DNA from: a virus
Reading direction: 5' to 3' (one strand)
IMG/VR virus record: IMGVR_UViG_3300025137_000020
Coordinates: 41,337-105,336 of that record
Length of the DNA: 64,000 nucleotides
The position numbers and the translations under genes were made by a program. The notes below the pieces were generated by a model that did not search any database, was not told where the DNA came from, and saw nothing but the letters and a program-made list of their open reading frames with translations. This document shows, piece after piece, positions 1-11,215 of the stretch (its first letter is position 1; each line of letters starts with the position of its first letter).

Positions 1-3000
1 TCCTTGCCATTAATCCTAACCTATTGTATGAAGTGTTAATATTGTTTCTAAAGGTAGTACCCGTTGTGTGCCTAACTACAAAGTGGTCGCCACTGCTGTT
101 ATCGCAGAGGTCTAAAACAAGACTACCGTAATCAGTGGCGTTGGTCGTCGCGGAGGAGTCTTTACTGTTTTCAGCATATAATCTTGCGCCATCTGTACCA
201 TCTCCAGCAGCTTGCTTATCGATGGCTGGAAACTGTAAGTATTCTTTTCTATTCAGATAACTGCTACTATCACCGGAAGATGCGAAGGTCCCAGCCGTTC
301 CGCGTATACGTACTGTCCCTTGTACATCCAATGCTTCAGCTGGTGTTGTAACACCTATACCAATCGAATCCGATTCGATCGTGGGCACTTTGAACTTAAC
401 TAAAGATTCGACTTCAGTACTATTCCAATCCATAACCCTGGTACTATCAGAATATAGGGCGAGGTCTTCGGAGTTATTTCCATGTGTTCTAAAATAATGG
501 CTTTTACCAGTACCAAAAGTGCCTTCTATCTTTAACGCAATATTGTTCTCGAAATCTCCTTTTAAATGAAGTTGGGCATCTGGATTAGTAAGGCCTATGC
601 CAACCTTACCATCTGTATCGATAGCTAATCTTTCTTTGCTATCAGTTTGATCATAAATTCTAAATACTCCAGCATCAGTAATAAGTCTAAAGTGACCTTC
701 AGAGTTCTGTAAGTCGTAGCCAGCTTGGCCAGCGCCTGTTGTCTTAACCAAGACTTTAGCACTCCCCACAGTTGTGTCAGTTACATCTAGAAGTGCAGTA
801 GGAGCGGTGACTCCTCCAATACCAACTTTTCCATCAGTATCAACTACGAACTTTGTTTGTGCTGGACGAGCCGTGTCAATGCCATCTGCGGCATAACCAA
901 GCATAAAGGTAGATTGAAGATAGCCGCTTCCCGCAAACCATTCACGATCATTGGCACTAACTGCGCTATTTAAGCTATCTTTAATATAAATCCCTGCGGC
1001 TCTACCTTCGAATCCTATTAGGTTTATGACTGCAGTATCCAACGGCGCAGCGCCGTCATCGGCTACATCTACCACTAATCCGCCATGACTAGTCGTCCTA
1101 ATCGTTCCGCCGGCGACGATGGAACCTACATCAGAAATATTACCAGATGCATCAACATCAAAATTACCATTAGCGGCCTGTATAGTTCCGTCTGCATATA
1201 TGTTACCACTAATATGAAGATTGCTACCGACATAAAGCTTCTTGGTCACGGCTAATCCGCCAGATAAAGTATTTGCTCCACCGTCTGCTGAGCTTGTTGC
1301 GTCTGTTGTTAAAGTATTAGTAAATATACCATTCATTGATATACCACCAACCTCATCCAAATCTACTTGGTTAAACTCTACAGTAGCTGAACTTCCCGTT
1401 GATGATATTCCAGTAACATTCAAATTACCAGTGATATTAACATTACCTTTTAATTTAGCGTCTCCATCGACCTGAAATTTGTATGGTCCGTAAGTCCGGC
1501 CATCTAAATCTACAGTAGCATCAGCCGAAGTTGCGTTTATTCCTACAAAACTATTGTCGGAGTCGATGGTTAGAGCGGTGTGCGTCGCGTCAACTTTTCT
1601 AAAGAAGTGCTTCGACGCGTCATAATAGGCTTTATTCTGTTGAGAGGCTTCGCTCCAAGTTCCGCTGTATAATTCTATATTTGCTCCACCGACGTTCAAA
1701 GCGTCACTCTGTAATATTAACTTCCGAGCTGTATTAGTGCCAAATGCACCTATGGTTCCACTATTTAGGAATATTCCTGCGGTCGCAAATCCGACATCGT
1801 AAGCACTAGTTGCACCAATACTCAGCCGTTGATTCGATGGGTTATAAATTAATTTATTGCTAGCGGTACTACCAATTTCTAAATTGCCGAGACCTACAAT
1901 TGAACTAGTTGAAAGTAGAGAACCACCAGTGACCGCCGAGCTAGCAGTAAGCGCTCCAGTTACAGTTGTTGTTGAATCTGTAATTGTAAGTCTATTACTG
2001 TTAGCAATTTTAAATTGGTGTTCTGTAGAGCCGGTAGAATCTTTTTCTATTCGATAATCATTGGATACAAAAGTACCATCACCATCACGGGTTTGGATTT
2101 CAAATGTATGGTCATTGCCAATAGTTAAATTAGTCTGATTATATCCAGTAGTAGTACTATCACCACCTGTAGGTGAGTTAGACGTATCAAAAAGTTTAAA
2201 CGATGGATTAGTACTTTTAGCGATGATCTGACCGATGGCAGTGATACTCCCCGTAGTACTAAGCTCTCCACTACTAGTAAGTGTCATCTTAGTAGCAGCA
2301 CCGTGGATACCGCCTATGCCGAATTTAATAGAACCCGTACCAGCATTTGACATATAAAATGCTTCATCTCTATGCCCTTGGATACCGTATCCATTAAATC
2401 GAGCATTTTGGTCACCCGGGTCACCATTTGTCCCTGTACCATCGCTGAAGAAGTCATTAACGCCTTTAATTGTTCCACCGACGTGCAATGTCGAAGATGG
2501 GGTGACGCCAGTACCAAGATTAATACCAACTCTATCATTGCCGGCATCTACAAATAGTGTGTCGTCATCGACATTCAAATCTGCCCCTGTTGAAATTAAT
2601 ACATCTTTTCTAAAATCAAATTTTCTATCGACGATAACCGTATTACCAGCTACTCCCAGCGAAATAGTATCGCCTTGCAGCTGGCTAAACAGAGTTCTTA
2701 AATCTTGGAAATCAGATTCCCGTGGAATCTGCATATCGAATGAACTGCTTCCAGTATATCCACTGGACAATGGGCTATTCAACCCATAAGTTAAATTCTG
2801 TTTAGATATTGAATCAACATGACCATAAGCATCAAATCCAATATTAGATAAAATCTCTACTTCTCTATGTCCGACTTCAGAATTTGCTGGAGAAGAAGAC
2901 GTAAACGTCTGGTCAGATTGAACACTAACCGCAGCATGATTAAGTGTAACCGTCTGATTGACCCCATTATTAAGAAAGAAGTTTCCGCCATCAGTTAAAT

Positions 3001-3883
3001 GATTACCAGCAGTGACTGTAACAAGTTTATTATTAGCTGAGTTGACTTCTAATTCACTGACTACGGTCAGCTGACCATATTGATTATAAGTAATTTGTGG
3101 TACTAATACCTTTCTTATTTTACCAGATGTGTGGGTGTAAGCTTGAGCTTCTTCTTCATCTGATATTGCACCTTTGGTGGCTGCGGTAATTAAACTAGTA
3201 AGACCAACTTCGGCTGCACCACCATTATTAACAACACCATTTGTTACAGTAATATTTCCGCCAGAAGCACCAGCTAAAGTCTTTACGTAGTTTCCGTGAG
3301 TTTTAACTCCAAGCTCAAGTGAATAATCTTTTACCGTAACTTTACCACTAGAAGAGTCTATATCTAACGGCCCTTTCTTTTCGTTTCCTGCTCCTAGCTG
3401 GTCGTTTCCATCAGCTCCAAATGTTTGATTGGTGTTAGAAAGTATACCACCTAATTCATTATCTTTAGCTGTAAGCAGGTTGATTGTTCTATCGGCTTGC
3501 AGATTGCCCGTTCCGTCTAACCCTATTCCAGCTGTTATAACAATAGTATCCCAAGCTTTATTTGATAAGTCAGTAGCAATAGCAGATAAGTCTTCTGCAT
3601 GTTCGGTAAGATTAACATCTATTTCAGAAATATCACCATCATTCTTAGTAATTTGACTTTGATGACTTACAATTGCAGTATTAAAGTCTGATGCCAATTG
3701 ATTTAAATTCTTACGAAGTTCTTCAATCGTATTTGTATTTTTAACACCACCACTTGGGAATGCCGATAAATCAGCTGCGGAGTACGCGGCTGCATATGGA
3801 CTACTTAACGCAGTCGGCGAATCAGCAGAGATTGTTCTGGCAGTATATGCTGGAGATTGGTGTGTTTGAGTTCCTGTTGGCAT
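1..3883 (-). CDS. Long tail-fibre-like protein, 3' end runs off the window (>1290 aa)
   Basis: Absent from the ORF track because it has no stop in the window. ATG at 3883 gives MPTGTQ...TNTIEELRKNLNQLASD. The same frame was open wherever I checked it, including at position 2. It has repeated fibre motifs GKVGIGLTNPDAQLHL, GKVGIGGVTAPTALLDV, SIGIGVTTPAEALDVQG and RVGINLGTGVTPSSTLHV. Confidence 0.8.
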   Translation of the reverse strand, partial: MPTGTQTHQSPAYTARTISADSPTALSSPYAAAYSAADLSAFPSGGVKNTNTIEELRKNLNQLASDFNTAIVSHQSQITKNDGDISEIDVNLTEHAEDLSAIATDLSNKAWDTIVITAGIGLDGTGNLQADRTINLLTAKDNELGGILSNTNQTFGADGNDQLGAGNEKKGPLDIDSSSGKVTVKDYSLELGVKTHGNYVKTLAGASGGNITVTNGVVNNGGAAEVGLTSLITAATKGAISDEEEAQAYTHTSGKIRKVLVPQITYNQYGQLTVVSELEVNSANNKLVTVTAGNHLTDGGNFFLNNGVNQTVTLNHAAVSVQSDQTFTSSSPANSEVGHREVEILSNIGFDAYGHVDSISKQNLTYGLNSPLSSGYTGSSSFDMQIPRESDFQDLRTLFSQLQGDTISLGVAGNTVIVDRKFDFRKDVLISTGADLNVDDDTLFVDAGNDRVGINLGTGVTPSSTLHVGGTIKGVNDFFSDGTGTNGDPGDQNARFNGYGIQGHRDEAFYMSNAGTGSIKFGIGGIHGAATKMTLTSSGELSTTGSITAIGQIIAKSTNPSFKLFDTSNSPTGGDSTTTGYNQTNLTIGNDHTFEIQTRDGDGTFVSNDYRIEKDSTGSTEHQFKIANSNRLTITDSTTTVTGALTASSAVTGGSLLSTSSIVGLGNLEIGSTASNKLIYNPSNQRLSIGATSAYDVGFATAGIFLNSGTIGAFGTNTARKLILQSDALNVGGANIELYSGTWSEASQQNKAYYDASKHFFRKVDATHTALTIDSDNSFVGINATSADATVDLDGRTYGPYKFQVDGDAKLKGNVNITGNLNVTGISSTGSSATVEFNQVDLDEVGGISMNGIFTNTLTTDATSSADGGANTLSGGLAVTKKLYVGSNLHISGNIYADGTIQAANGNFDVDASGNISDVGSIVAGGTIRTTSHGGLVVDVADDGAAPLDTAVINLIGFEGRAAGIYIKDSLNSAVSANDREWFAGSGYLQSTFMLGYAADGIDTARPAQTKFVVDTDGKVGIGGVTAPTALLDVTDTTVGSAKVLVKTTGAGQAGYDLQNSEGHFRLITDAGVFRIYDQTDSKERLAIDTDGKVGIGLTNPDAQLHLKGDFENNIALKIEGTFGTGKSHYFRTHGNNSEDLALYSDSTRVMDWNSTEVESLVKFKVPTIESDSIGIGVTTPAEALDVQGTVRIRGTAGTFASSGDSSSYLNRKEYLQFPAIDKQAAGDGTDGARLYAENSKDSSATTNATDYGSLVLDLCDNSSGDHFVVRHTTGTTFRNNINTSYNRLGLMAR

Positions 3884-3889
3884 CTTTGT

Positions 3890-4105
3890 TTAACCTATTT
3901 TATTTATTAAATTTTTTACTAAATCTTTTAGTTCATTTACTTCAGCTCTTAAATTATTCATATTATTTTTTTCTTCTAGAATCCTCTGTTTCTTTATAAT
4001 ATACTTTTCGTAAGCTTCACTGTCTGTATTTATAATAGCTTTAGAGTAATTATTCCTAAGCAGTTTAGGATTATCCTTAATTTGATGAAAATTACAATCG
4101 CTCAT
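3890..4105 (-). CDS. Small conserved T4-like virion-region protein (71 aa, coiled-coil C-terminus)
   Basis: Likely start MSDCNF at 4105. The LLRNNYSKAIINTDSEAYEKY motif resembles the small gene following VrlC in marine T4-like phages. Confidence 0.65.
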   Translation of the reverse strand: MSDCNFHQIKDNPKLLRNNYSKAIINTDSEAYEKYIIKKQRILEEKNNMNNLRAEVNELKDLVKNLINKIG

Positions 4106-4106
4106 T

Positions 4107-7100
4107 TTATTGGGTTGCGATTGCTCTAAAGTTTTTAATCTCTGGTACAATAGCGCTATCTGCAGTTGTACCATCGGATGCCACAGACCTTAGTATAATT
4201 TTTATCTGAAATTTAGTAAATAGATTTATGTCATCAGAAGTTGATGTTCGAAAGTGTACTTCTCTGAAGTTCCCGCTGACTGGTATAGTTGCCGATTCTA
4301 ATTTAACGTATGCGCTTGATCCAGTGATGTCATCAAATCTAGCATACACATCTACATTACATTGTGGCAAAGGCCTTTTAATGTCCATATATACGTCTAG
4401 CCTATCCGCCGAGTTGTCTAAAACTACTGGCTTCGTGATATATCTTGCATCTGCATTGCCATGTGTCTCTCTAGTTTCATTAGTCAAATCATTGTCAATG
4501 TTATTCTTAATTGACAATAATGATAATCTTTGAACATCTAATTGTGGAGTTACGTATTTATTGTTAGACTTTAGCGTTGCTGTTAAAGCTAATCGATTTG
4601 CATATAAATCTACTGTAGAATGTAGATTTAGAACTCTACCCGGCGATATGGAATACGTTTCACCGGCTACAGTAAGACTATATGAAATCGAAGTTCCTGG
4701 TAGTTCAACTGAGTTACCTGCATTCAGATTAATCGCGTCACACTTTACTGGATTGCCCGAAGTCGTACCTGCAGGAAAAATTTTAGTAAATGAAGAATAT
4801 CCACATGTAGTAGATGTTTTAGTTACAGACGATCCGCTTTCAAAGAATTGCATATAATTGATTTTCATCTTGAAATCTTTATTTTGATCAGGCGTCCAAG
4901 TTGAAGCATTAGCTGATTTGAGAGATACACCAGTATAAGGATTCTTTGTAATTCTTTGAGAACCTGCTCCTACATCAATTCCACCAACTTCAGAATGCCA
5001 TAATGTCCAATCTGGCGAGTTACTCATTACTACGATAGCATATTCACTTCCGCCTTTGAGATGTACTGGAGAGTCAAACACAAACTTAGTGGCTAATGAA
5101 GCATTGGTTGGGTCGACTTCTGCAATTGTTTTAGTCCCCACCGCTGCAGCGGCAGCGAGAGTTGCAGAAGCTCCGGCATCAACTGCGGCTTGAGCATTTG
5201 GGTATCTTTCAACTCTACTAAATGGAATCATTTTTTGGGTTGGAATACCATTCTCTGTTGGTACCAAGTGTATTGAAACTGGTAATTTACTATGAGATTT
5301 AGCAAAGTATAAATCAATATCTTTTAGTGTTATGCCAGCTGGGTATAAATCTCCATCTATTAAGAAGGTTTGTGCAAGAGGGTCAACGTGTCTAATTCTG
5401 CCAGTAGCTGCTACCTGAGTAGTTGTTAATGTTCTATTTGATTCAACTCGTCTTTCGTCAATTGCGACTCTTCTTGTAGTTAAAACTTGCTCTTCAACTG
5501 TCTGCAATAGGCCTCTAGCTGCGTATGTAGCTTTAGCATATGTTGTAGCAGCAGTCAAATCATTATTAGAATCGTCTGAAAATATTACTTCTCTTTCACC
5601 AGTTCTAAATCTGAGCGCGTCGTTATTTGGAATAACCAAATAACCTGTCAATGTGCCAGCGTCATTACTCACTAAAGTGTCTGCTGAGATATCACCTGGA
5701 GAATCGTTAGTGTGGTCTTGACGGGTCGAATCGTCTCTAAATTCGACAAACGCAGTAGATTTAACATAACCACTAACATCAACGCCATCAAAGAACGGAT
5801 ATATTGTAGTGTTAGGTTTTAATCCGGTAGCTCTAAAATACACTCTCCTTGAACGGATAAATGGTACAAAAGATACATCAACAACTTTGTCTCCTAAACT
5901 TTCTCTAATTGTTTCGAGTTCAGCAAACTGTTGCATGCCGTCTCTAGTTTGAATAGTTGATGTAGTTCTCGCCTCTAGTTCAATCTGAGCGCGTCTTTGG
6001 TTTACTGCTGTTACAGTACCACCATTAAATGTTGGTACCTCTAAAGTGTTTCTATGCCCGCATCTGCAATTTCTAGTATGGGTTGTCCCGCCATGCTGCC
6101 TCATAATATTTGCGGTCGAGGTCATGTTATTCCAACCCAAACTCCTAGTTTCGGTTACTCCACTCCAAGTTGTGTTCCAATCGTTCCAACGAGTACCTTC
6201 TGATGCTAATTGTTCATTTACTAGATTTAAAATAGCTTCAGAATTACCATCTTGTGATATAATTACTTCTGGTCTGCGATTAGTATCTCTCCATTCATCA
6301 TTGTCAGGCGAGAGCTTAACTTCACCCACCCAAGATGCTACATCAAATGGATTAACACTTATTGCAACTGATGCGAATGGTTGGTCAATCAACGTACCGA
6401 TTGAGCTAGAATTTAATCTAATAATATCTTCTTGGCCGATTGGTGAAGGGTCATCCACTATGCCCCCGGTGGTTTTTAGTTTGTCGTCTGCTTTATTGCC
6501 GGCTCCTGGTGTCCCAAGAGTAATTCCGATATTGGTAGTACGAAATGATGGCCTTAAGATTCCTTTTTCAGGCTCTATTGATATTCTATAACCAGGGTCA
6601 CTCGGCATGCCGATTGCGTGACCTTTAAATTCATCGACCATAATTCCATGCTTAAATCTGTCAATGATAGTATCATCGTCAAGCACTTTTTGATCTTTTG
6701 TAATCTGCTCTAAAAGGGATAATGAAGAATAGTACTCTAAGTTCTTAACGCGTCGGTCAATCTTACCGATGTCTTTCATCGTATAACGACGATTGTCATG
6801 GTAACCTATCTCGATACCCTGTACGGAATTTGTGTAAGCTGGTACATCTAAATCATAGAGCAACATTGCGTTATCTGGTATAGATTGAGGACCATTTGCT
6901 TCTGTATCGCCTTCTAAATATTCAAACTCGCCATTTGTTTTTAAAACTATTCTGTCGTGTCGAGGAATAAAAAATTCAATATTACCAAACTCAATAATAC
7001 CATTGGGGTCAATAGAAACATTTGAGCCTCTAAAGTCAATCATATCTAATAAATGTCGACCGCTGAAATGTGATACCTCAGCTCTTTGAACATTGGTAGC

Positions 7101-9305
7101 ATCTCCGGCTGAAACGTCATCACCAATTGTATATGAGTCAACCCAAAAAGCATCATTGCCAGTTTGGGCATGTTCTAAATATCTATAAGCGACTGTCAAT
7201 GTCTGTGTTGTAGTCACTGCTTTAGTGCATTTTAGTTGGCCTACACCATAATTAGTAGGTGTCTGGCCGTTCACTAAAATAAAGCTATCGGCTAAATCTC
7301 CATCAACACTACCTACAATAGTATCAATTCCAATGACATCGGTCTTTACTAAATTGGCGGTTTGACCTCTAGTATATGTAGATGTACTAATCACTTCGCC
7401 TGATATAAATGTTTTTGTTTTTGTTTTTAGTGTAGCAGTTCGCTTAAAAGAATATGTCGCCTTGGCGGCGGCAGCATTTGCAAATCCGTGGCCAGACGCT
7501 AGAGTTAAAGTACAATCTTGGGCTGAGTTCGTAATACTTACATTACTCACCTGTTTGAAGGCGCCAGATGCATTAACTACAATATAATCATTTGGGTTAT
7601 CTTGATAGTACTGACTTCCGCTCAATTGTGGTAATGCGATAGTTGCAACACTGCCAGAGACCGCTACAGTCCTGGTAGTTGAAGTTTCTCTAATAGGAAT
7701 TTTAATTGTATTGAGCGAACTGGAGGGTACTTGAGTTAGACTCTTTACCACATTTTGTGGAAGTGGGAATACTAAATCACCTGAACTGATATCATTTAGC
7801 TGAAATCCGCCAGCAAATCCATTAGTACCTGTAAATGTACTAGTACCATCTGCGGCAGTACCAAAAATAAATTTAGCCGCAGATAATTTATTAGCGCCCA
7901 TCGTCACAGCGCTAATATAAAGTCTAAATCTTCGTCCAGTATATTCTATACCTCGAATGGTACATGTTCCTAGAGATGACCCGCCAGATGTTGCTGATAA
8001 CGTATACGATGTAGGTGAAGAGGCATTAGCATCGCATTTGGGTAAATTAGCAATACTAGTCAATTCAATATAGTTACCTTGTCTAGCTTGAATAAATTCA
8101 CTGGTGTGAACTTCAGTGTCTCGTGCTTTATCAACAATGATTTCTTGTTTCTTTATAATTTCAATCCGCTTACCTTTTACGTAGGCGGTAGAAGGTTCTA
8201 GAGCTGCAATAAATTTAGCGCCGTTACCTGCAGGAACCGCACCAGCAGCGTATTTTCCTCGATTGAAACCGGTGTTCAAATGTTCTCTTAATTCAAGTTG
8301 GAACGGCTGAAGAGCGTAGTCTCCACTTTCTTCGAATGTTCTTGTGGCTAAAGTTTCTCCTAATTTATTGTACTTTGTTTGTACTGGCTGAGTAACTTGA
8401 GCCTGATTTAATGTTATGACATCAATTGCATTGGCTGTCGATGTTCCAACTACATGAGCGGGTGTACTAATTATTTGTGTGTCATCTGTAATTAAACAGA
8501 GAGTCAGGCTCATCGTAAATCTATCTGCGCCAGGAGCACTTTGATTTGTAGTTCCCGCTGCATTATCATAAAGAGTATTATCATTGACCGCACTAACTGT
8601 GCTCTCATTGACTAAAAAGCCTACTTTACCATCTAAGAGAGTGTACGGGGTTGATTGATCAACATCTATATATTTGGTTTGCGCGTTTGCAATAACAAAA
8701 TATCCTTTAATGAAATATACGCCCTTATTATTATGCAGCTTTATTGCGAACCCACTTTTTACTATATCAGTACCATCACCAAGTACACCATTCACTGACA
8801 AAAATATTTCACCACTATCTTGTAACTGAGTAGATATTTTAATGTCAGTTTGGATGCGAGTCCCGTTCTCAAAAGCTGTGGTTTGAGAATCATAACGGAC
8901 ATAGAATCTATACTTATCGCCAGATACTAATTCGTAATCCATAATGGTGGCAGAGACTGTTGCTGAGGCTAAGGCAGTCCCAACATAAATTCTTTTACCA
9001 ATAAGCGGTCTATTTGCATTTGCTGCTGCGCTTGCACCACCACTAGATAATGTGATATCTACCCATTGTACTTTATTATCAACATCAATTTCACCTTCAA
9101 GAACTCTCGTTCCGTCTACAAATATGTGCTGACCAAACTTATCAATCTGATCTTGAATAGCAGACTGCATTTGATTCAATTCACGAACTTGGACTGACCG
9201 CCCCGCCTGAAATAGAACCTTTAAGTAGTTTTTGTCTGAATTGCCACTGGCCGTATAATCGTCGAAATACGGTTGGCCTGCAGTTGATGATGTGTCGATT
9301 GCCAT
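4107..9305 (-). CDS. VrlC-like / DUF4815 virion structural protein (1732 aa)
   Basis: N-terminal PYFDDY..KNYLKVLFQAGRSVQVRELNQMQ; LEYYSSLSLLE; DPLAQTF; position downstream of gp8. Confidence 0.85.
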   Translation of the reverse strand: MAIDTSSTAGQPYFDDYTASGNSDKNYLKVLFQAGRSVQVRELNQMQSAIQDQIDKFGQHIFVDGTRVLEGEIDVDNKVQWVDITLSSGGASAAANANRPLIGKRIYVGTALASATVSATIMDYELVSGDKYRFYVRYDSQTTAFENGTRIQTDIKISTQLQDSGEIFLSVNGVLGDGTDIVKSGFAIKLHNNKGVYFIKGYFVIANAQTKYIDVDQSTPYTLLDGKVGFLVNESTVSAVNDNTLYDNAAGTTNQSAPGADRFTMSLTLCLITDDTQIISTPAHVVGTSTANAIDVITLNQAQVTQPVQTKYNKLGETLATRTFEESGDYALQPFQLELREHLNTGFNRGKYAAGAVPAGNGAKFIAALEPSTAYVKGKRIEIIKKQEIIVDKARDTEVHTSEFIQARQGNYIELTSIANLPKCDANASSPTSYTLSATSGGSSLGTCTIRGIEYTGRRFRLYISAVTMGANKLSAAKFIFGTAADGTSTFTGTNGFAGGFQLNDISSGDLVFPLPQNVVKSLTQVPSSSLNTIKIPIRETSTTRTVAVSGSVATIALPQLSGSQYYQDNPNDYIVVNASGAFKQVSNVSITNSAQDCTLTLASGHGFANAAAAKATYSFKRTATLKTKTKTFISGEVISTSTYTRGQTANLVKTDVIGIDTIVGSVDGDLADSFILVNGQTPTNYGVGQLKCTKAVTTTQTLTVAYRYLEHAQTGNDAFWVDSYTIGDDVSAGDATNVQRAEVSHFSGRHLLDMIDFRGSNVSIDPNGIIEFGNIEFFIPRHDRIVLKTNGEFEYLEGDTEANGPQSIPDNAMLLYDLDVPAYTNSVQGIEIGYHDNRRYTMKDIGKIDRRVKNLEYYSSLSLLEQITKDQKVLDDDTIIDRFKHGIMVDEFKGHAIGMPSDPGYRISIEPEKGILRPSFRTTNIGITLGTPGAGNKADDKLKTTGGIVDDPSPIGQEDIIRLNSSSIGTLIDQPFASVAISVNPFDVASWVGEVKLSPDNDEWRDTNRRPEVIISQDGNSEAILNLVNEQLASEGTRWNDWNTTWSGVTETRSLGWNNMTSTANIMRQHGGTTHTRNCRCGHRNTLEVPTFNGGTVTAVNQRRAQIELEARTTSTIQTRDGMQQFAELETIRESLGDKVVDVSFVPFIRSRRVYFRATGLKPNTTIYPFFDGVDVSGYVKSTAFVEFRDDSTRQDHTNDSPGDISADTLVSNDAGTLTGYLVIPNNDALRFRTGEREVIFSDDSNNDLTAATTYAKATYAARGLLQTVEEQVLTTRRVAIDERRVESNRTLTTTQVAATGRIRHVDPLAQTFLIDGDLYPAGITLKDIDLYFAKSHSKLPVSIHLVPTENGIPTQKMIPFSRVERYPNAQAAVDAGASATLAAAAAVGTKTIAEVDPTNASLATKFVFDSPVHLKGGSEYAIVVMSNSPDWTLWHSEVGGIDVGAGSQRITKNPYTGVSLKSANASTWTPDQNKDFKMKINYMQFFESGSSVTKTSTTCGYSSFTKIFPAGTTSGNPVKCDAINLNAGNSVELPGTSISYSLTVAGETYSISPGRVLNLHSTVDLYANRLALTATLKSNNKYVTPQLDVQRLSLLSIKNNIDNDLTNETRETHGNADARYITKPVVLDNSADRLDVYMDIKRPLPQCNVDVYARFDDITGSSAYVKLESATIPVSGNFREVHFRTSTSDDINLFTKFQIKIILRSVASDGTTADSAIVPEIKNFRAIATQ

Positions 9306-9316
9306 AGTTTATTCCT

Positions 9317-11149
9317 TTAAAATTGTATAATAAGTCTTACTTCTTCTGTTTGCTGTGCGTTTCTTCTAATTGGTGCTCTGTTATCAACAAATAAAACATC
9401 GCCAGTATCTTGATTATATTCTCCTTGCTTTAAATTAACGTATCCAATCGCAGCACTGCCCTGTTGAACACCATTACTGTTAAATATTTTAACATTACCA
9501 CTACTATTAAATGGTTTTTGGTTAATAGATTTATGGCTATTCTGGTGAAAGTAAATTCTGTATCCGCCGGATTGTGTGCCAGCCGTATTAGGGTCTCCGT
9601 CTATTGGGTCTAGTGCTTCGTACTCAGATACCTTATCAAGCCATGCAAGAGGATTTGTCGCAGTGCCGGCATCCATTTCTATATATGCTCCAGTTCCTAA
9701 GTTTTGAATTTCATTAGGAACTGAGTTCGCGAATACCTGAAGATACTGTAAACAGTTCATCGCTTTCTCCGCGGGAAGATTTTCTTCGTCTGGATATGTC
9801 CCGCCAGGACTATTCAAATCATCTTCAGCTGTTCTCATATCTTTTAGCGAGTCTCTAACTAATGACACCTGTCTAAAGTCAATGCCTACTAATGATTCTG
9901 CAATATATTGAGGTGGACTATTGTTAACACTTTCTGCAGATTCATTACCCACAGTTCCAACAAAGTCAGAAGAAATACCACAATAATAACTTGGAAGGTC
10001 CAATAGCGGACTCCAGCCAAAACCATTTTCGGGTGCAATTAAAGGTTGAATATCAGCTTCAACGAAGGTCGCTGAACTAATAAATAGATTCGCGGAATCA
10101 ATTACTTCAATACTGACTTCTCTCATCCCGCCGCCGTTTACTACAGATTGTGTCCAATTAGGTCCACTACTAGTACCTCCAGTTGCGGAAGATGCTGGGA
10201 CAGATGCTATTCCATATCCGAGCGCTTTAGCTTTGTCTAAATCCCATACAACTTTGGTAACTTGGCCACTCGCATTAGTTTCTAAAGATATATCAATTGC
10301 GGCCGTCTCATTACCTTGAAGTATTGTTCCATCTAATCTCCGACCTGTAAGTCGTGCCGGCAACGCATTACCATTAGCAACACTTCGATTTTCAGGATAC
10401 CCAGTGCCTGGAGTCTCAGCACCAATTCTAAATCCATATACTAAACCAGCTGTAGCTCTAGCGGCTCTCTGACGACCATTTTCATACGCGCCACCTTCGC
10501 CATGTCCTGCAATATTATTTAATCTACCGTCTACTAGTGCGTTTGGAGTAACATTTACAAATGTCTTTGAATCGCCAAACAGATTTGATAAACTTTCTTT
10601 ATTATAATAGTCAATATATCCCCAAATATAACCATCAGTATTTTGTACTACACCAAATGGAAAGTTTTCTCCAGCTGGCATTGTAGGAATTCGTGCGGTT
10701 GTGGCTAATCCACCATTGTTGCCTAAACAAACATAGAGCTTTGAGTGACCTAAACTATCTGTATACATTACATAACAAGGAAGTTCTTGTAAATTAATAT
10801 CGGCATCAAAACACCCGGTATTTGTAGGATCATATACTTTATACATGGCCCCAACTTTAAATTCAATTTGTGGTACAAGTCTAAGAACATCAGTAGCATC
10901 GATCTTCATAAGAGTCATAAGATTCTTTTTGATGTCTGCCTTTTCTAAAACATTACCTTCTGGCAACGGAACAATAAATCCGGTTTCTGCCTCGGTTCGG
11001 CCGTTATCATCTCTGTCCCAAGGGTCCGTTTTACCGATACCTACATAATAATTGACCGCTGTTGAAGTCGGTGATTGACTAGAACTAACATCTTCAATAA
11101 ACCTCTCAATGTTACTTTTTCTAAAATCGTCTGTGATAATTGCTGCCAT
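9317..11149 (-). CDS. gp8: Baseplate wedge subunit gp8
   Basis: MAAIITDDFR, YYVGIGKTDPW, DGYIWGY and C-terminal GDVLFVDNRAPIRRNAQQTEEVRLIIQF; synteny gp6-gp7-gp8. Confidence 0.9.
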   Translation of the reverse strand: MAAIITDDFRKSNIERFIEDVSSSQSPTSTAVNYYVGIGKTDPWDRDDNGRTEAETGFIVPLPEGNVLEKADIKKNLMTLMKIDATDVLRLVPQIEFKVGAMYKVYDPTNTGCFDADINLQELPCYVMYTDSLGHSKLYVCLGNNGGLATTARIPTMPAGENFPFGVVQNTDGYIWGYIDYYNKESLSNLFGDSKTFVNVTPNALVDGRLNNIAGHGEGGAYENGRQRAARATAGLVYGFRIGAETPGTGYPENRSVANGNALPARLTGRRLDGTILQGNETAAIDISLETNASGQVTKVVWDLDKAKALGYGIASVPASSATGGTSSGPNWTQSVVNGGGMREVSIEVIDSANLFISSATFVEADIQPLIAPENGFGWSPLLDLPSYYCGISSDFVGTVGNESAESVNNSPPQYIAESLVGIDFRQVSLVRDSLKDMRTAEDDLNSPGGTYPDEENLPAEKAMNCLQYLQVFANSVPNEIQNLGTGAYIEMDAGTATNPLAWLDKVSEYEALDPIDGDPNTAGTQSGGYRIYFHQNSHKSINQKPFNSSGNVKIFNSNGVQQGSAAIGYVNLKQGEYNQDTGDVLFVDNRAPIRRNAQQTEEVRLIIQF

Positions 11150-11179
11150 AAGTGTTCCCGTTAATTTAGATTTTAATCT

Positions 11180-11187
11180 TATTTATA
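11180..11187 (-). promoter_or_regulatory. T4-type late promoter TATAAATA
   Basis: Exact TATAAATA in the intergenic gap upstream of gp8. Confidence 0.8.
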
Positions 11188-11215
11188 TGAGTTGCTGTGT
11201 AATTTATTTAGTTAT

